Origin: a virus
Taxonomy: Duplodnaviria; Caudoviricetes
IMG/VR virus record: IMGVR_UViG_3300020043_000557
Location: 1 to 27,155 of that record
Strand: one strand, 5' to 3'
Length of the DNA: 27,155 bases
Shown here piece after piece: positions 15,147 to 24,711 of the stretch. Below the pieces are notes generated by a model. It saw only the letters and a list, made by a program, of their open reading frames with translations, did not search any database and had not been told where the DNA came from. Positions within the stretch are counted from its first letter, which is position 1. Every line of letters starts with the position of its first letter. The translations under genes and the position numbers were made by a program.

Positions 15147-15365
15147 CTAGTCCTCGTCGTCGTCCTCATAGGGTAAGCGATCCACTCGGTCGGGGATCGA
15201 TGGCATAAGCCAATCGGGATACGCTTCACGATCTGTAATGATCGCCAGACATAAATCAACGGCAAAGCCTGCGCGTCTAAGACTCTTATAGAACTCGTGC
15301 ATGCAGATTGCGTATTGATCAAGCTGTGAGTAAGTATCGAGATCGATGACTTTCTTCTTTGCCAT
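15147..15365 (-). CDS. Conserved hypothetical protein, 72 aa, with acidic C-terminus
   Basis: Homolog of 10561-10779. Confidence 0.8.
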   Translation of the reverse strand: MAKKKVIDLDTYSQLDQYAICMHEFYKSLRRAGFAVDLCLAIITDREAYPDWLMPSIPDRVDRLPYEDDDED

Positions 15366-15375
15366 GAGATAAGTC

Positions 15376-15567
15376 TTACTTACCTAACATCTCGATAATT
15401 GTATCGACACGCGCTTCAAGTCGATTTACTTGATCTTTGATTGATGAGCCGCCGTTAGGCTTCAGTTCATTGAGGTAATACTTAATCAAGAATTGTAGAT
15501 AAGCAGCTACTCCGCCAAGGACTGTAACTATTCCTACGGCGATTGCCGCAATATCTACCGCGTCCAT
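15376..15567 (-). CDS. Small membrane protein with TM plus coiled coil (ELKPNGGSSIKDQVNRLE), lysis-associated
   Basis: N-terminal TM; PNGGSS motif typical of actinophage post-lysin membrane proteins. Confidence 0.68.
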   Translation of the reverse strand: MDAVDIAAIAVGIVTVLGGVAAYLQFLIKYYLNELKPNGGSSIKDQVNRLEARVDTIIEMLGK

Positions 15568-15710
15568 TACTTTTTCGGGCTCGCGTATCCGAAGACTCCA
15601 GCTACGACTGAGCCAAGGATGGCGCGGTAGTCGAGAGCGAAGTTAGATGTAGTTCCCCACACGGCCAAGAATGCACCGATCGAGATTATTGCTGGATGCT
15701 TCATGTTCAT
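15567..15710 (-). CDS. Putative holin, 47 aa, two TM segments (MNMKHPAIISIGAFLAVWGTTSNFALDYRAILGSVVAGVFGYASPKK)
   Basis: Directly after the endolysin; two hydrophobic segments and a basic C-terminus; TAATG overlap; not in the ORF track. Confidence 0.65.
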   Translation of the reverse strand: MNMKHPAIISIGAFLAVWGTTSNFALDYRAILGSVVAGVFGYASPKK

Positions 15711-16148
15711 TTATTTTCCACCTATCATCGGGATATTGAACCAACTAGAGTCTTCATCGCCCTTGATAGTAAAGCTGACATGCGCATGGTGATTATGCTT
15801 ATTGATCCCATCATAAGGACGCCAAGCCCAAGCCTTCTTAGATGAGGCGATCTTGCCATCGAAGATGATGTAACTGATTCTTTTATTGCCAGACTTTGCA
15901 TCGATTCGAATCTGATCAACCAGGTCAGGCATGAGATCGGGCTTTCTGCCCTTGCCGTTAAGGTCGCGGTCAATGTCGATGGCACGAACCCATCCCTGTA
16001 CATCTGGATTATGATCAGACTTACGCGCAGCGTGTCTCGTGTCACCGATCCAGCCGTCCGAAGTTCGATCTCTATCTGGGAATGCATCATCGATCTGCTC
16101 TCTAAGCTGGATCGCTGACTTGCTTAAGCGCGGCTTCACAGGTCTCAC
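15711..16148 (-). CDS. Putative endolysin (Zn peptidase, M15/LAS-like)
   Basis: SDHNP..RAIDID..HNHHAHVS; homolog of 9806-10261. Confidence 0.62.
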   Translation of the reverse strand: MRPVKPRLSKSAIQLREQIDDAFPDRDRTSDGWIGDTRHAARKSDHNPDVQGWVRAIDIDRDLNGKGRKPDLMPDLVDQIRIDAKSGNKRISYIIFDGKIASSKKAWAWRPYDGINKHNHHAHVSFTIKGDEDSSWFNIPMIGGK

Positions 16149-16419
16149 ACTCCCATCGCTTTAGATCGTTGAGTGTCAATTCTGCATGCTCACATGGAGC
16201 GGGCGCAATGAATGCATCATCGATCGGATCGTAGGTATATCCCACTCCTGCATAGTTGTAGCGAATTTTCCCGTTATAGCTTGTCCGCTTGCATGTCTGG
16301 CCTCTAAAATTGCCGTACCAAATCTCAGGCTCTAAACCTTCAATTAATTCTGTTTCATGAATGCCCACGATCACTTCTGTCACAATGCTTGATTCATCTA
16401 AGAATGCGTAATGTGCCAT
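16102..16419 (-). CDS. Conserved phage protein (MAHYA...)
   Basis: Homolog of 9535-9849; TAATG overlap. Confidence 0.7.
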   Translation of the reverse strand: MAHYAFLDESSIVTEVIVGIHETELIEGLEPEIWYGNFRGQTCKRTSYNGKIRYNYAGVGYTYDPIDDAFIAPAPCEHAELTLNDLKRWECETCEAALKQVSDPA

Positions 16420-17288
16420 TATGCCCAACTCACATTTCCAGAACCAGCAGTGATTGTAGTTACCTTAAATCCGCCTGAAGGTGAACCTGTAGTTCCTGTT
16501 AATCCAGCGCCGATTGTTATAGTTCTAGTATCAGGGTATTTCAAGATCACAACTCCAGAGCCACCTGCTGCACCTGCAAGAGAAGTTTCACCAGAACCGC
16601 CGCCGCCGCCGCCAGTATTAGCAGTTCCAGCAGTAGGGTTGCCAGTTTGTCCGATGTTTCCATTACCACCGCCACCTGCGCCACCTGTTCCTGCTGCTGA
16701 TCCGCTTATGTAAACGCCTGCACCACCACCACCACCGCGAGTAACTGAAGATCCCGTGATCGATGACGCACTACCAGCACCACCATTTCCGCCAGTTGTC
16801 GTAGTTCCATTAACGCCAACCGCAGATGCACCACCACCACCACCGCCGCCATAATTAGCGGCTGCAACGCTATTTCCACCAGCGAAACCTTCAACTGGTG
16901 AATAAGATCCAGCATTACCAGCAGCACCAGTAATTGCCTCTGGTGCTACAGGGCCACCACCGCCAGAACCACCAGTATTAGGAGTTCTTTGACCTGAAGC
17001 GCCGCCTGCGCCAGCACCGCCTGCCGTTGATGAAATAGTGCTAAAAACTGAATTGTTACCATTGCTCGCTTTATTGCCAGGAGTCGTACCACCAGCGCCA
17101 CCAGCACCGACTGTGACGGTATAGTTAGTATTTATAGAAAGACTAAATCCAGTCGAAGTTCTATAACCACCAGCACCACCGCCGCCGCCTTGCGATCCGC
17201 CGCCTGCTCCGCCTGCAATTACCAAATAATCTGCAAGGAATGTGCTGATCGTTGTAGGAGCAAGTAAACCTGCAATGTTGTTAAGCAT
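16419..17288 (-). CDS. Glycine-rich tail/adhesin-like protein
   Basis: Near-identical to 8666-9535; start set at the TAATG overlap. Confidence 0.75.
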   Translation of the reverse strand: MLNNIAGLLAPTTISTFLADYLVIAGGAGGGSQGGGGGAGGYRTSTGFSLSINTNYTVTVGAGGAGGTTPGNKASNGNNSVFSTISSTAGGAGAGGASGQRTPNTGGSGGGGPVAPEAITGAAGNAGSYSPVEGFAGGNSVAAANYGGGGGGGASAVGVNGTTTTGGNGGAGSASSITGSSVTRGGGGGAGVYISGSAAGTGGAGGGGNGNIGQTGNPTAGTANTGGGGGGSGETSLAGAAGGSGVVILKYPDTRTITIGAGLTGTTGSPSGGFKVTTITAGSGNVSWA

Positions 17289-17677
17289 TATGCGATTGCA
17301 CCCACGACGTACCAGGCGTCTGTGCCAGTCTTGATGCAAGCTGCTGCCTTATATTGAGCAAGTGTCGGGGCAGCAGGTACTGCACCAGCTGAAAGGATAG
17401 TAGTCGTGCCAGAGGTTACTGCTGAGATTGTGCAGACTCCAGCCCCGATGTTAAGGATGTTAAGGACTGTACCAATAGGGAAGGCTACTGAGGCATTCGT
17501 AGGGATTTGATAAGCGATTGCTGTGGCCTTGTTCATGAGCTCTAATACCTGATAGGTATCAGCAATAACCGCCGTATAGTCATTAGTCTGAGCTGCGCCA
17601 ATAGTAAAGGCTACTAGGCCGTTATAGTCTGCGGCTGTAAAGATGTCGCCTGTTGTCGCTGGAAAGCCTTCTGCCAT
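17288..17677 (-). CDS. Tail-fibre-associated structural protein
   Basis: Homolog of 8277-8666. Confidence 0.6.
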   Translation of the reverse strand: MAEGFPATTGDIFTAADYNGLVAFTIGAAQTNDYTAVIADTYQVLELMNKATAIAYQIPTNASVAFPIGTVLNILNIGAGVCTISAVTSGTTTILSAGAVPAAPTLAQYKAAACIKTGTDAWYVVGAIA

Positions 17678-17686
17678 GATTTTCTC

Positions 17687-18931
17687 CTAGTATCCCATTA
17701 TGGATTGTCCGATTATACCGTATGTACTTGATCCCAATATGAATCCTTCTACGATTGGCTCAAGTGTTGTCACAGTGCATTTCATGCTGTTAGGGGTTAT
17801 GTCCCATGCCAAGCCCTGCACCTGCAAGGTCTTAACAATTGTTGAAGAATCAGGCTGGACATTGGTGATCTCGACATTATCGAAATAATCGAGGCCGATC
17901 ATTGTGTCAGTCGGTACATCTGTATCCAGCAGATCGACAATCATGGCATCGATGCGGATGGTTGTCTCTTTACGGGTTGCAACGTAGATGTCAGCAATGT
18001 TCTGCACCTGCGCATCGGTCTGTGCAATTAGGTTATCGACGTTCATGCCATGAGGAAAGTATTTTGCGATCGAGTCAGCATCAAAAGATGAAACAGTCGT
18101 GCCGCCTACTCTAGTCATGGTTGCGCTGTTGATGATGAGTTTGTCATCGAATGCGAACTTAAGGTCTGAGTATGGAATACCTGTAGTTTGATTAAATTGG
18201 ATGGGCGTAGCGCCTAAAGATCCAACTACATCTGATCGATCCTTAAACTCAGCCGTGCCGTCTGTACGGATAAAAAATGCGCCCTGCTCTGTAAACTCTG
18301 CAACTTCTAGGGCTGAAAGGCTAGACCGCGTAGTGCCTGGATCGGCTTGGCAAGTTGTCGAGCCTGTGTCAATAATTCGCATATTGCTAGGAAAGTCCAC
18401 TTGATCAAGAATCTTACCGATGCGAGTGCCAGTCGTCTGGCCAGCAGTCGCATCTGTAACTGTAGAGACGTTAGCCATAGCAAATAGACGGAATGCATCA
18501 GAGCAGACAATATCGACGTAGCCGATTTCCTGTCCCTGCGGATAGTAATAACGATAGTCCTGAACGTAACCTGAGAATAAAAAGTGCTGAGTCGTTGCAG
18601 TAGTCGCAGCTACTCGGATCTTACGAAGTGGAGTGAGGTAGCCAAAATAAGGGCTAGAAGCATTCTGTGGATTAAAATAAGAATTGGGATCTAAGACTCG
18701 AACTGTGCAGTTACCAGCCTCGTATGTGTCACGCATGATATTGCGACCACGTCTGATAGTGATTTGTCTAGTGACATCGCTAAGATCGATAACGGGTTCT
18801 GGGACTTCAGATCCTGCGAATGTACTTACGCCGATAACGCCATATTTCGCATCGCCAATTGTAAACGGATAGCCAAATGTAGCACCCTGGCTAAAGTCAA
18901 AGGAGACCGAGATCGTGGCTGGAAGGGTCAT
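17687..18931 (-). CDS. Minor tail/tail-tip protein
   Basis: Homolog of 7023-8267, same length (414 aa). Confidence 0.7.
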   Translation of the reverse strand: MTLPATISVSFDFSQGATFGYPFTIGDAKYGVIGVSTFAGSEVPEPVIDLSDVTRQITIRRGRNIMRDTYEAGNCTVRVLDPNSYFNPQNASSPYFGYLTPLRKIRVAATTATTQHFLFSGYVQDYRYYYPQGQEIGYVDIVCSDAFRLFAMANVSTVTDATAGQTTGTRIGKILDQVDFPSNMRIIDTGSTTCQADPGTTRSSLSALEVAEFTEQGAFFIRTDGTAEFKDRSDVVGSLGATPIQFNQTTGIPYSDLKFAFDDKLIINSATMTRVGGTTVSSFDADSIAKYFPHGMNVDNLIAQTDAQVQNIADIYVATRKETTIRIDAMIVDLLDTDVPTDTMIGLDYFDNVEITNVQPDSSTIVKTLQVQGLAWDITPNSMKCTVTTLEPIVEGFILGSSTYGIIGQSIMGY

Positions 18932-20505
18932 CCTTCGTCTACCCTAGTTCCAAATCTTGCGGTGCGATTAGTGCCAACAAATGATCCTGATAGAGATTGG
19001 TTAGTCTGAGTCTGCGTGATAACTGCTGCTACAGCTTCTCCAGCAACCTCAACTTTGATATTGATTGGAGGTGCAGGATTGACCCCTGCGACGACGCCAG
19101 CAGGCAAGCCACCTTGTTGCCCGAATGTTGGTGGCATTGCATAAGCAGGCGGTACGAAATTAGGTACGGGCGTGCCTAGCATGTTCCCACCAAAATCTAG
19201 TTTAGGTATTGACCATTCTGAGAAAGGATTAGGCGCTTTAGGAGTGGCAAGCAAGGATGCACGCAGTTCATTGTTGCGCTTGATTGCTGTGTCTAATTGA
19301 TCAGATAACTGTGTGGCTAAGGTTGCATTGCCATCAAGAATGGCCTTCTGCAATTGTAGAGAGAGCCGATCAGTCTCGTTCAACTTACCTTTAAGCGCTG
19401 CCTCAATACCAATAGCCTCTATGTTAAGAGTCTTAGACGCCTTCTGTAAGGCTAAAGACTTCTTCTGTGTATCCAGAGTCTTCTTCTGTAATGCTGCTAA
19501 TTCTCTGGCACGCTTGGCTGCTGCCGCTTCTGCCGCTTTACGAGCTGCTTCATTTGGATCAATAAAAGTGCCGCCAAGTGCAGATGATGGATAACCGCCC
19601 ATGCCTGGAGTTGTAGTTGGAGCAAGTTTTCTTAATAAATTTAGTGCTTGCGTTATTTGATTAAGTTTTAATACTTGAGGAAAGATGTTTTTTAGATAGT
19701 AATCCATCCCTGGTAGTTCTTTTACCTTTGCAATTAAAGTTGCAAGTCCTACTGTTACATCGCTGACATAAGTTGCAAGTTCTCCCATCGAGTCAGCAAT
19801 TGGTTGTACTGTGTTACCTTCGCCAGCCAATAAACTCAATGATTCAACTAGACCTCCACCAATAATTTCTTGAGCGTTATCAGCGGCTTCTTGAAGCACG
19901 CGCATCTTTCCAGAATACGTTTCAAGCTCTGCTGTGCCAGCGCCCTTAAAGTTTGCAGATAGTTTACTTACCGCGCTATCAAAGTCTAAGGTCTTAAGTT
20001 CTGACTGAGTAAGGCCTAAGTTATATTTGCGAAGCCCTCGCGTCTGTCCCGTGTAGGCGGCGGCGAGATCCTGATTGACTGTAAGAAGATTGACGCCAGA
20101 TCCAGCGGCAATGTCTAGCGAAAGATTAAGAAGGTCTTGAGACTTCTTGGCAGAGCCCGTGGTCGTGATTAACTTCTGGAATGCCTCTCGTAATACTTCG
20201 CCTTCGTATCCGAACTTGGCAGATACCCTGTCCAGACTGGCTTCAATGCCTGGAATCTCAAAGGCAAGTCCTAAATTCTTTACTACTGTTTCTAATCGCT
20301 TGGCAGACTTCTCATTTTCAGCAAATGCTTTGGCTGCATTCTTGCCAAAGTTAATAACTGCGGCAGTCGAAAGACCTATGCCTGCTGCCCCTGCTAGTTT
20401 TTTTACGGCGCTTTGTAATTTTGCGGTGGCTTTGTCAGCCTCCTTGAGTCCCTTATTATCAAAAATCGCTGCAATGCGAATTGCTAGACTTGTATTAGCT
20501 GACAT
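18928..20505 (-). CDS. Tape measure protein (525 aa)
   Basis: Homolog of 5347-7023. Confidence 0.85.
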   Translation of the reverse strand: MSANTSLAIRIAAIFDNKGLKEADKATAKLQSAVKKLAGAAGIGLSTAAVINFGKNAAKAFAENEKSAKRLETVVKNLGLAFEIPGIEASLDRVSAKFGYEGEVLREAFQKLITTTGSAKKSQDLLNLSLDIAAGSGVNLLTVNQDLAAAYTGQTRGLRKYNLGLTQSELKTLDFDSAVSKLSANFKGAGTAELETYSGKMRVLQEAADNAQEIIGGGLVESLSLLAGEGNTVQPIADSMGELATYVSDVTVGLATLIAKVKELPGMDYYLKNIFPQVLKLNQITQALNLLRKLAPTTTPGMGGYPSSALGGTFIDPNEAARKAAEAAAAKRARELAALQKKTLDTQKKSLALQKASKTLNIEAIGIEAALKGKLNETDRLSLQLQKAILDGNATLATQLSDQLDTAIKRNNELRASLLATPKAPNPFSEWSIPKLDFGGNMLGTPVPNFVPPAYAMPPTFGQQGGLPAGVVAGVNPAPPINIKVEVAGEAVAAVITQTQTNQSLSGSFVGTNRTARFGTRVDEG

Positions 20506-21191
20506 TAGCGACCTCTGTAATCTCTATTAACGCCCTTAGTAACTCTTATGGCGGTCGTCATTGACTTCTCAATCGCTTTTAGTACGGCTGCGTTAGTCTT
20601 GCCTTGATCTTCTGCCCATGCTCTAAATAGGAGACGGCCTTTAGTCTTGCGAGTTCTACGGCCTGCCGCGCTTGATTGTTGGCTATCTACTAGCGGAGGC
20701 AATGCCTCAATAAATTGACGACCAGCATACGGGTTGGCAGATTGGCTCTTTGTTTTATCGCTACTGCGCTTCTGATATCCAGCGCGCCGAGCGGAACGTG
20801 TGCCAGCATCTGTGTAGACGTCGACTAGTGGAGCTTGTGGTCTGCCGTTTGATCCTGAAAGACGTCCAGCAGTCTCATAGATTGATCCTGCTGCACTTTT
20901 ATTAAAGATAGTCGCGATCGATCTAAATCCACGCTTGTTAGGCTTTGATGGAGCGGTGCTATAACCAAGTCCCCGCTTAATATCGCTAGAGCTGAAGACG
21001 CGATTTTCCCAGACTCCTACCGCTTTACCCCATCCTGAAAGTGGGGCTTCGCTAGGTACAAAGCCTTTAGCCTTAGTGGAAACAACTTTGAGAAGGTTTC
21101 TAATCTCCTTCTCGGTTTCTTTAGCCAGTTCAGGCTGAACTTTTTTAAGTGCCTTGCGAAGTTCAAGTGCGCCTGTTACTTCTGTAGGCAT
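20505..21191 (-). CDS. Basic virion morphogenesis protein, possibly HK97 gp10-like
   Basis: Homolog of 4696-5346 with a different central loop. Confidence 0.5.
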   Translation of the reverse strand: MPTEVTGALELRKALKKVQPELAKETEKEIRNLLKVVSTKAKGFVPSEAPLSGWGKAVGVWENRVFSSSDIKRGLGYSTAPSKPNKRGFRSIATIFNKSAAGSIYETAGRLSGSNGRPQAPLVDVYTDAGTRSARRAGYQKRSSDKTKSQSANPYAGRQFIEALPPLVDSQQSSAAGRRTRKTKGRLLFRAWAEDQGKTNAAVLKAIEKSMTTAIRVTKGVNRDYRGR

Positions 21192-21587
21192 CCTGTTGCT
21201 CCTTCGCTCGGTCTTTCAACGCTTTCAGAATCATCTGAAGCATCGATGCATCTAAATCAATTAAGTATTGTGGAGGGATAGCCGTCTCAATGCTCAAGCG
21301 AGCTATGAGATAGTGGATGCTATCCCTGCCTAGGCCAAAGGGTCAGACTCTGCAACCTCGACACTCTTTAGGGTATCGAGAAAGTCTGCACCGAATGGCT
21401 TGACTGTGACTCCACTTAGTCGAAGGCCTTCCCATGCAAGCCAATAGACATCGCTTTGCTTTTCATCATCGCGAAACGCTTTATGAAATCCCTTTTTTGC
21501 AAACAATTCGAAGGCATATTCTAAACGTGGGGTGATTTCAATCTCCGTCACGCTATCGTCTGCCATCTTTACTATTAACTTTGCCAT
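21163..21587 (-). CDS. Tail assembly chaperone, -1 frameshift-extended form (gpGT-like)
   Basis: Slippery CCCTTTG at 21342-21336; -1 frame open for 58 codons and conserved with A. Confidence 0.8.
21330..21587 (-). CDS. Tail assembly chaperone (gpG-like)
   Basis: Homolog of 4300-4557. Confidence 0.8.
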   Translation of the reverse strand: MAKLIVKMADDSVTEIEITPRLEYAFELFAKKGFHKAFRDDEKQSDVYWLAWEGLRLSGVTVKPFGADFLDTLKSVEVAESDPLA

Positions 21588-21609
21588 GCTGTGCCCCTTT
21601 GTTAGTTTT

Positions 21610-22029
21610 TTAGAATGTACCTGTTGTGGCTACTACTGTAGTACCTGATACGTTAAATGTCAGGCTCTGGACTGCAAGATCAGCAACGCTGCCGTTGATG
21701 TCTGTTGTTGAGTTGATCAAGCAGGTCATTGTGTAGAGAGGGTTAGTTGCAGAAACTGCAGTTCCCTTTTCCTGAAGTAGCACTACTGTGACGTTAGTTC
21801 CCCACGCAGCTTGCAAAGTCTGTAGGACGTTGGCTGTCGCTGTGTCATTGAGGAAGTCGATTGTGACCGATGATGCCTCAAGGCCTTTAACGAACTTGTG
21901 TCCGCCATCGCCCATCGCTGTCACTTCGAGCTCGTCGAAAGTGCGGTTAAGTGTTACTGCTGTAACGTGGTCTGAAAGATCGACTGTGTTAATCTTCACG
22001 CCGACCTTGTTATTTAGAAATACAGCCAT
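21610..22029 (-). CDS. Major tail (tube) protein
   Basis: Homolog of 3857-4276. Confidence 0.82.
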   Translation of the reverse strand: MAVFLNNKVGVKINTVDLSDHVTAVTLNRTFDELEVTAMGDGGHKFVKGLEASSVTIDFLNDTATANVLQTLQAAWGTNVTVVLLQEKGTAVSATNPLYTMTCLINSTTDINGSVADLAVQSLTFNVSGTTVVATTGTF

Positions 22030-22033
22030 GAGA

Positions 22034-22135
22034 TTATTCCTCGTCTTTCTTAGTAGTTACTGGCTTAGGTGTTGATGGTGCTACCTGCCCGATCTTGATC
22101 AGGAAGGCTTCTTGCTCTTTTTCCCACTCGGACAT
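22034..22135 (-). CDS. Conserved 33-aa micro-protein (MSEWEKEQEAFLIKIGQVAPSTPKPVTTKKDEE)
   Basis: Homolog of 3757-3852. Confidence 0.75.
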   Translation of the reverse strand: MSEWEKEQEAFLIKIGQVAPSTPKPVTTKKDEE

Positions 22136-22136
22136 T

Positions 22137-22526
22137 TTAGCTCCAACTCGTTAGGACTGAGATATTGATATTGCATGTAAGTAGATCACCCGATGCGGCA
22201 TTCAGTACGGCGGGAGCCGATACCTCTGTCACATTGTAAGTGTATGAAGATGCAGCGAGCAGGCCAAAAACCCGAACGATGTCATCTTCAATTCCATTAA
22301 GGTTGCCTTCATTATCGAGAAGGGGAACCATGATTGATATTGTGAAATTAGCCATTGGTGAGATCGATGCATGCCATCCGTTAGATGGTGAGATGTAAGG
22401 ATCGCTAGGGCTAATTATGACGCTGTTAGCAATGACAGTAGCTGGAGGGAATGAGAAGACTGAATACTTTGTATTGTCGACGAGTGCTGCTGCGATACCT
22501 GCGCGGAGTGTTGATATGGCGGCCAT
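22137..22526 (-). CDS. Putative tail terminator/tail completion protein
   Basis: Homolog of 3366-3755. Confidence 0.6.
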   Translation of the reverse strand: MAAISTLRAGIAAALVDNTKYSVFSFPPATVIANSVIISPSDPYISPSNGWHASISPMANFTISIMVPLLDNEGNLNGIEDDIVRVFGLLAASSYTYNVTEVSAPAVLNAASGDLLTCNINISVLTSWS

Positions 22527-23098
22527 TAGCCCACCATCGATCTCGGATCAAGATATGGAGCGAGCAAGCCGCGAACGCGAGCGAGCAAGGTGTTACCCAT
22601 GCGATACGGAGAAGGTGCATAGCCATCGATGCTAACGCCGCCGCTCGATGGGGCTTGGCGAGATTGCCAGATGTCAATTGAGATCATAAGAGAAGCTTCT
22701 TGGATCGCTGGGATCGTTGTGTAATCTGTGTAAGTCTCAGCTGCTGCGATACCAAATGGCTCCACTGAGTGACGTGGATTGTCGCTGGTGTGATTTGTGG
22801 TTACGTTAAATGATCGAGTATCGACGCCCGTGATTGTCTTTGTGCCGTTGAACTTGGCTCCAGCACCTGAGATCACAACCGATTGTCCTACATAAAATAC
22901 GTCAAGGATATTCTGATCAAAGTAGAGAGTGCCGACTGTGCCTACATTGCCGTGAGCAATGATGTACTGCTGGTTTTTCCATAGAAAGGGCAAGAGTACG
23001 TTATCTGCGGCATCACAGACAGACTGCAAGACTGCATCAGTATAGAGAGTTCCAACGCCAAGGGCGGTGCGAAGCTCTGCGACTGTTGTCAATGCCAT
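22526..23098 (-). CDS. Head-tail connector/adaptor protein with inserted domain
   Basis: Homolog of 2788-3366. Confidence 0.72.
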   Translation of the reverse strand: MALTTVAELRTALGVGTLYTDAVLQSVCDAADNVLLPFLWKNQQYIIAHGNVGTVGTLYFDQNILDVFYVGQSVVISGAGAKFNGTKTITGVDTRSFNVTTNHTSDNPRHSVEPFGIAAAETYTDYTTIPAIQEASLMISIDIWQSRQAPSSGGVSIDGYAPSPYRMGNTLLARVRGLLAPYLDPRSMVG

Positions 23099-23113
23099 GC
23101 TCTTATCCTTTCT

Positions 23114-23151
23114 AAAGACTGGCAGGGGTAAAAGGGCATTACCCCTGCCAG
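23114..23151 (-). terminator. Post-capsid hairpin, 13-bp stem with TGCCCTT loop
   Basis: CTGGCAGGGGTAA-tgccctt-TTACCCCTGCCAG then TCTTT on the - strand; compensatory changes relative to A. Confidence 0.75.
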
Positions 23152-23166
23152 CGACTTAAGGGTGGC

Positions 23167-24711
23167 TTACGCCTTGTTGTTCTTGAATGCGCCTGCGCCG
23201 ACCTTGGTAGCGATTGCTCCGAAGCCGTAGTAGCCGATTGTTACCTGACCCGCGGCTGTTGATTCGGCGCGGAGGCGGTAAGTTGGTGACTCGTACCATG
23301 TGTACGCATCTGGGTTAACGATGAGGATTGTTCCATCGCCATCGCCGCCGTTTGTTGGATCAACGTAAAGGTTGAGTCCAGCAACGTTACCTGTGAGTGA
23401 AGTTGGAGCAACTGCTCCGCCAGCGTTCATCGGATTTGTCGCTGTGTAAATTGGGCGTCCTGCATCGTTGAGAGACATAATGTTTGACCATTGTCCTGTT
23501 GATACGACCATGTTGCGAGCAAATGGATTTGGAAGGCCTGCTGTTGCGCCATAGACAGATGCTGATCCGCGAGCAACAATTCCGAGAAGTTCGGCTGCTG
23601 TTGGGTACGTTGCAACTGTTGTTGCATCAAGTGAAGCACCTGAAATAAGTGCAGCGTTTACTGCTGAGTTAGTTGCCTTTGCGTAAGCTGCTGCCATGTT
23701 GCGGACGAGTTCATCGAAGAATGCTGGAGATGTACGATCTAGCAATTCAACTGAGAATGTCTGCTGTCCAGCGTACTTCTGTACTGTTACTGAAAGGAAG
23801 CTTGAGTTCTGATCTGTGTCGCTGAATGCGTCGCCTTCTGGCTCGATTGCAACTGTTGGCATCTGTGTGATCTTTGGGATCTCAAATGTCATACCTGCAT
23901 CAGGAAGCACTCCACGAGAGATTGCATCGATTGATGGACGAATTGTAGTTCCGAGAGGGTTGATGATCTCAGAGAGTTGACGTGTTGGTACGAGACCAGC
24001 GTTGTCAGATGTGTCTGCCGCTGCCGCGATCCATTGACGAGCTACGTCGTCTCCGAGTGCTGCGCGGATTGTGTTCTCTGCATACTTTGCAGCTGTTACT
24101 TCAATGCGTGGCTTTGTGTAAGCCATTGCTGTTACAGCAGGGCGAGCAGCTTCAACTGCGGCAGCCTCAACTGTAGGTGTTGCTTCGACTGCTGGAGTGG
24201 TTTCCACTGTGGCTGTCTCGCTTTCTGTTGGTAGGGTTTCTTCAACGGCTTCATCTTCAGATGCCGCGATATCGGTTACGGCTGCAGACTTAAAGGCTGC
24301 TGCCTGAACCAAACTTACTTCGAGTAGGTCAGCACTCGACACATACAGAACGCCATTTTTAGGCTTTGCTGCATTGACCATAACTCCGACTGAAAGACCA
24401 GTACGAAGTTCTTCTGAGGCTTCGATGAGAGCATCTGTGCCACGACTTGACTTAGAAATCTTAAATGATGCAAAGATTCCGTCTTCTGTCTCGTTAAAAA
24501 ATTGAGCACGGCCAATTGGCTGCTTAGGATCGTGCTCTAGTAAGAGCTTCACTTTGCTTGAATCTGCGATGCTAATTGCGCCGCGCTCAAAGACAACTGC
24601 CCCAGCAGAGGTGTTTCCGACCTCGCCGTCATAAGGCACGATCTTGCCAGAGATAGTGCGCTCCGCCGCATCTGCTGTAAGTTCTGCTGAGAATGTGAGC
24701 ATCTCTTTCAT
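23167..24711 (-). CDS. Fused prohead protease - linker - major capsid protein
   Basis: LLLEH, GLSVG and LLEVSLV motifs; GRPIY and GNVAGLNLYVDP capsid motifs; strongly diverged from A. Confidence 0.88.
   Translation of the reverse strand: MKEMLTFSAELTADAAERTISGKIVPYDGEVGNTSAGAVVFERGAISIADSSKVKLLLEHDPKQPIGRAQFFNETEDGIFASFKISKSSRGTDALIEASEELRTGLSVGVMVNAAKPKNGVLYVSSADLLEVSLVQAAAFKSAAVTDIAASEDEAVEETLPTESETATVETTPAVEATPTVEAAAVEAARPAVTAMAYTKPRIEVTAAKYAENTIRAALGDDVARQWIAAAADTSDNAGLVPTRQLSEIINPLGTTIRPSIDAISRGVLPDAGMTFEIPKITQMPTVAIEPEGDAFSDTDQNSSFLSVTVQKYAGQQTFSVELLDRTSPAFFDELVRNMAAAYAKATNSAVNAALISGASLDATTVATYPTAAELLGIVARGSASVYGATAGLPNPFARNMVVSTGQWSNIMSLNDAGRPIYTATNPMNAGGAVAPTSLTGNVAGLNLYVDPTNGGDGDGTILIVNPDAYTWYESPTYRLRAESTAAGQVTIGYYGFGAIATKVGAGAFKNNKA

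Noticed and set aside
8277-17677. Diversity-generating retroelement or invertase-driven tail-fibre switch suggested by the duplicated fibre genes
   Set aside because: No reverse transcriptase or site-specific recombinase is present, differences are not adenine-specific, and the duplication covers the entire operon.
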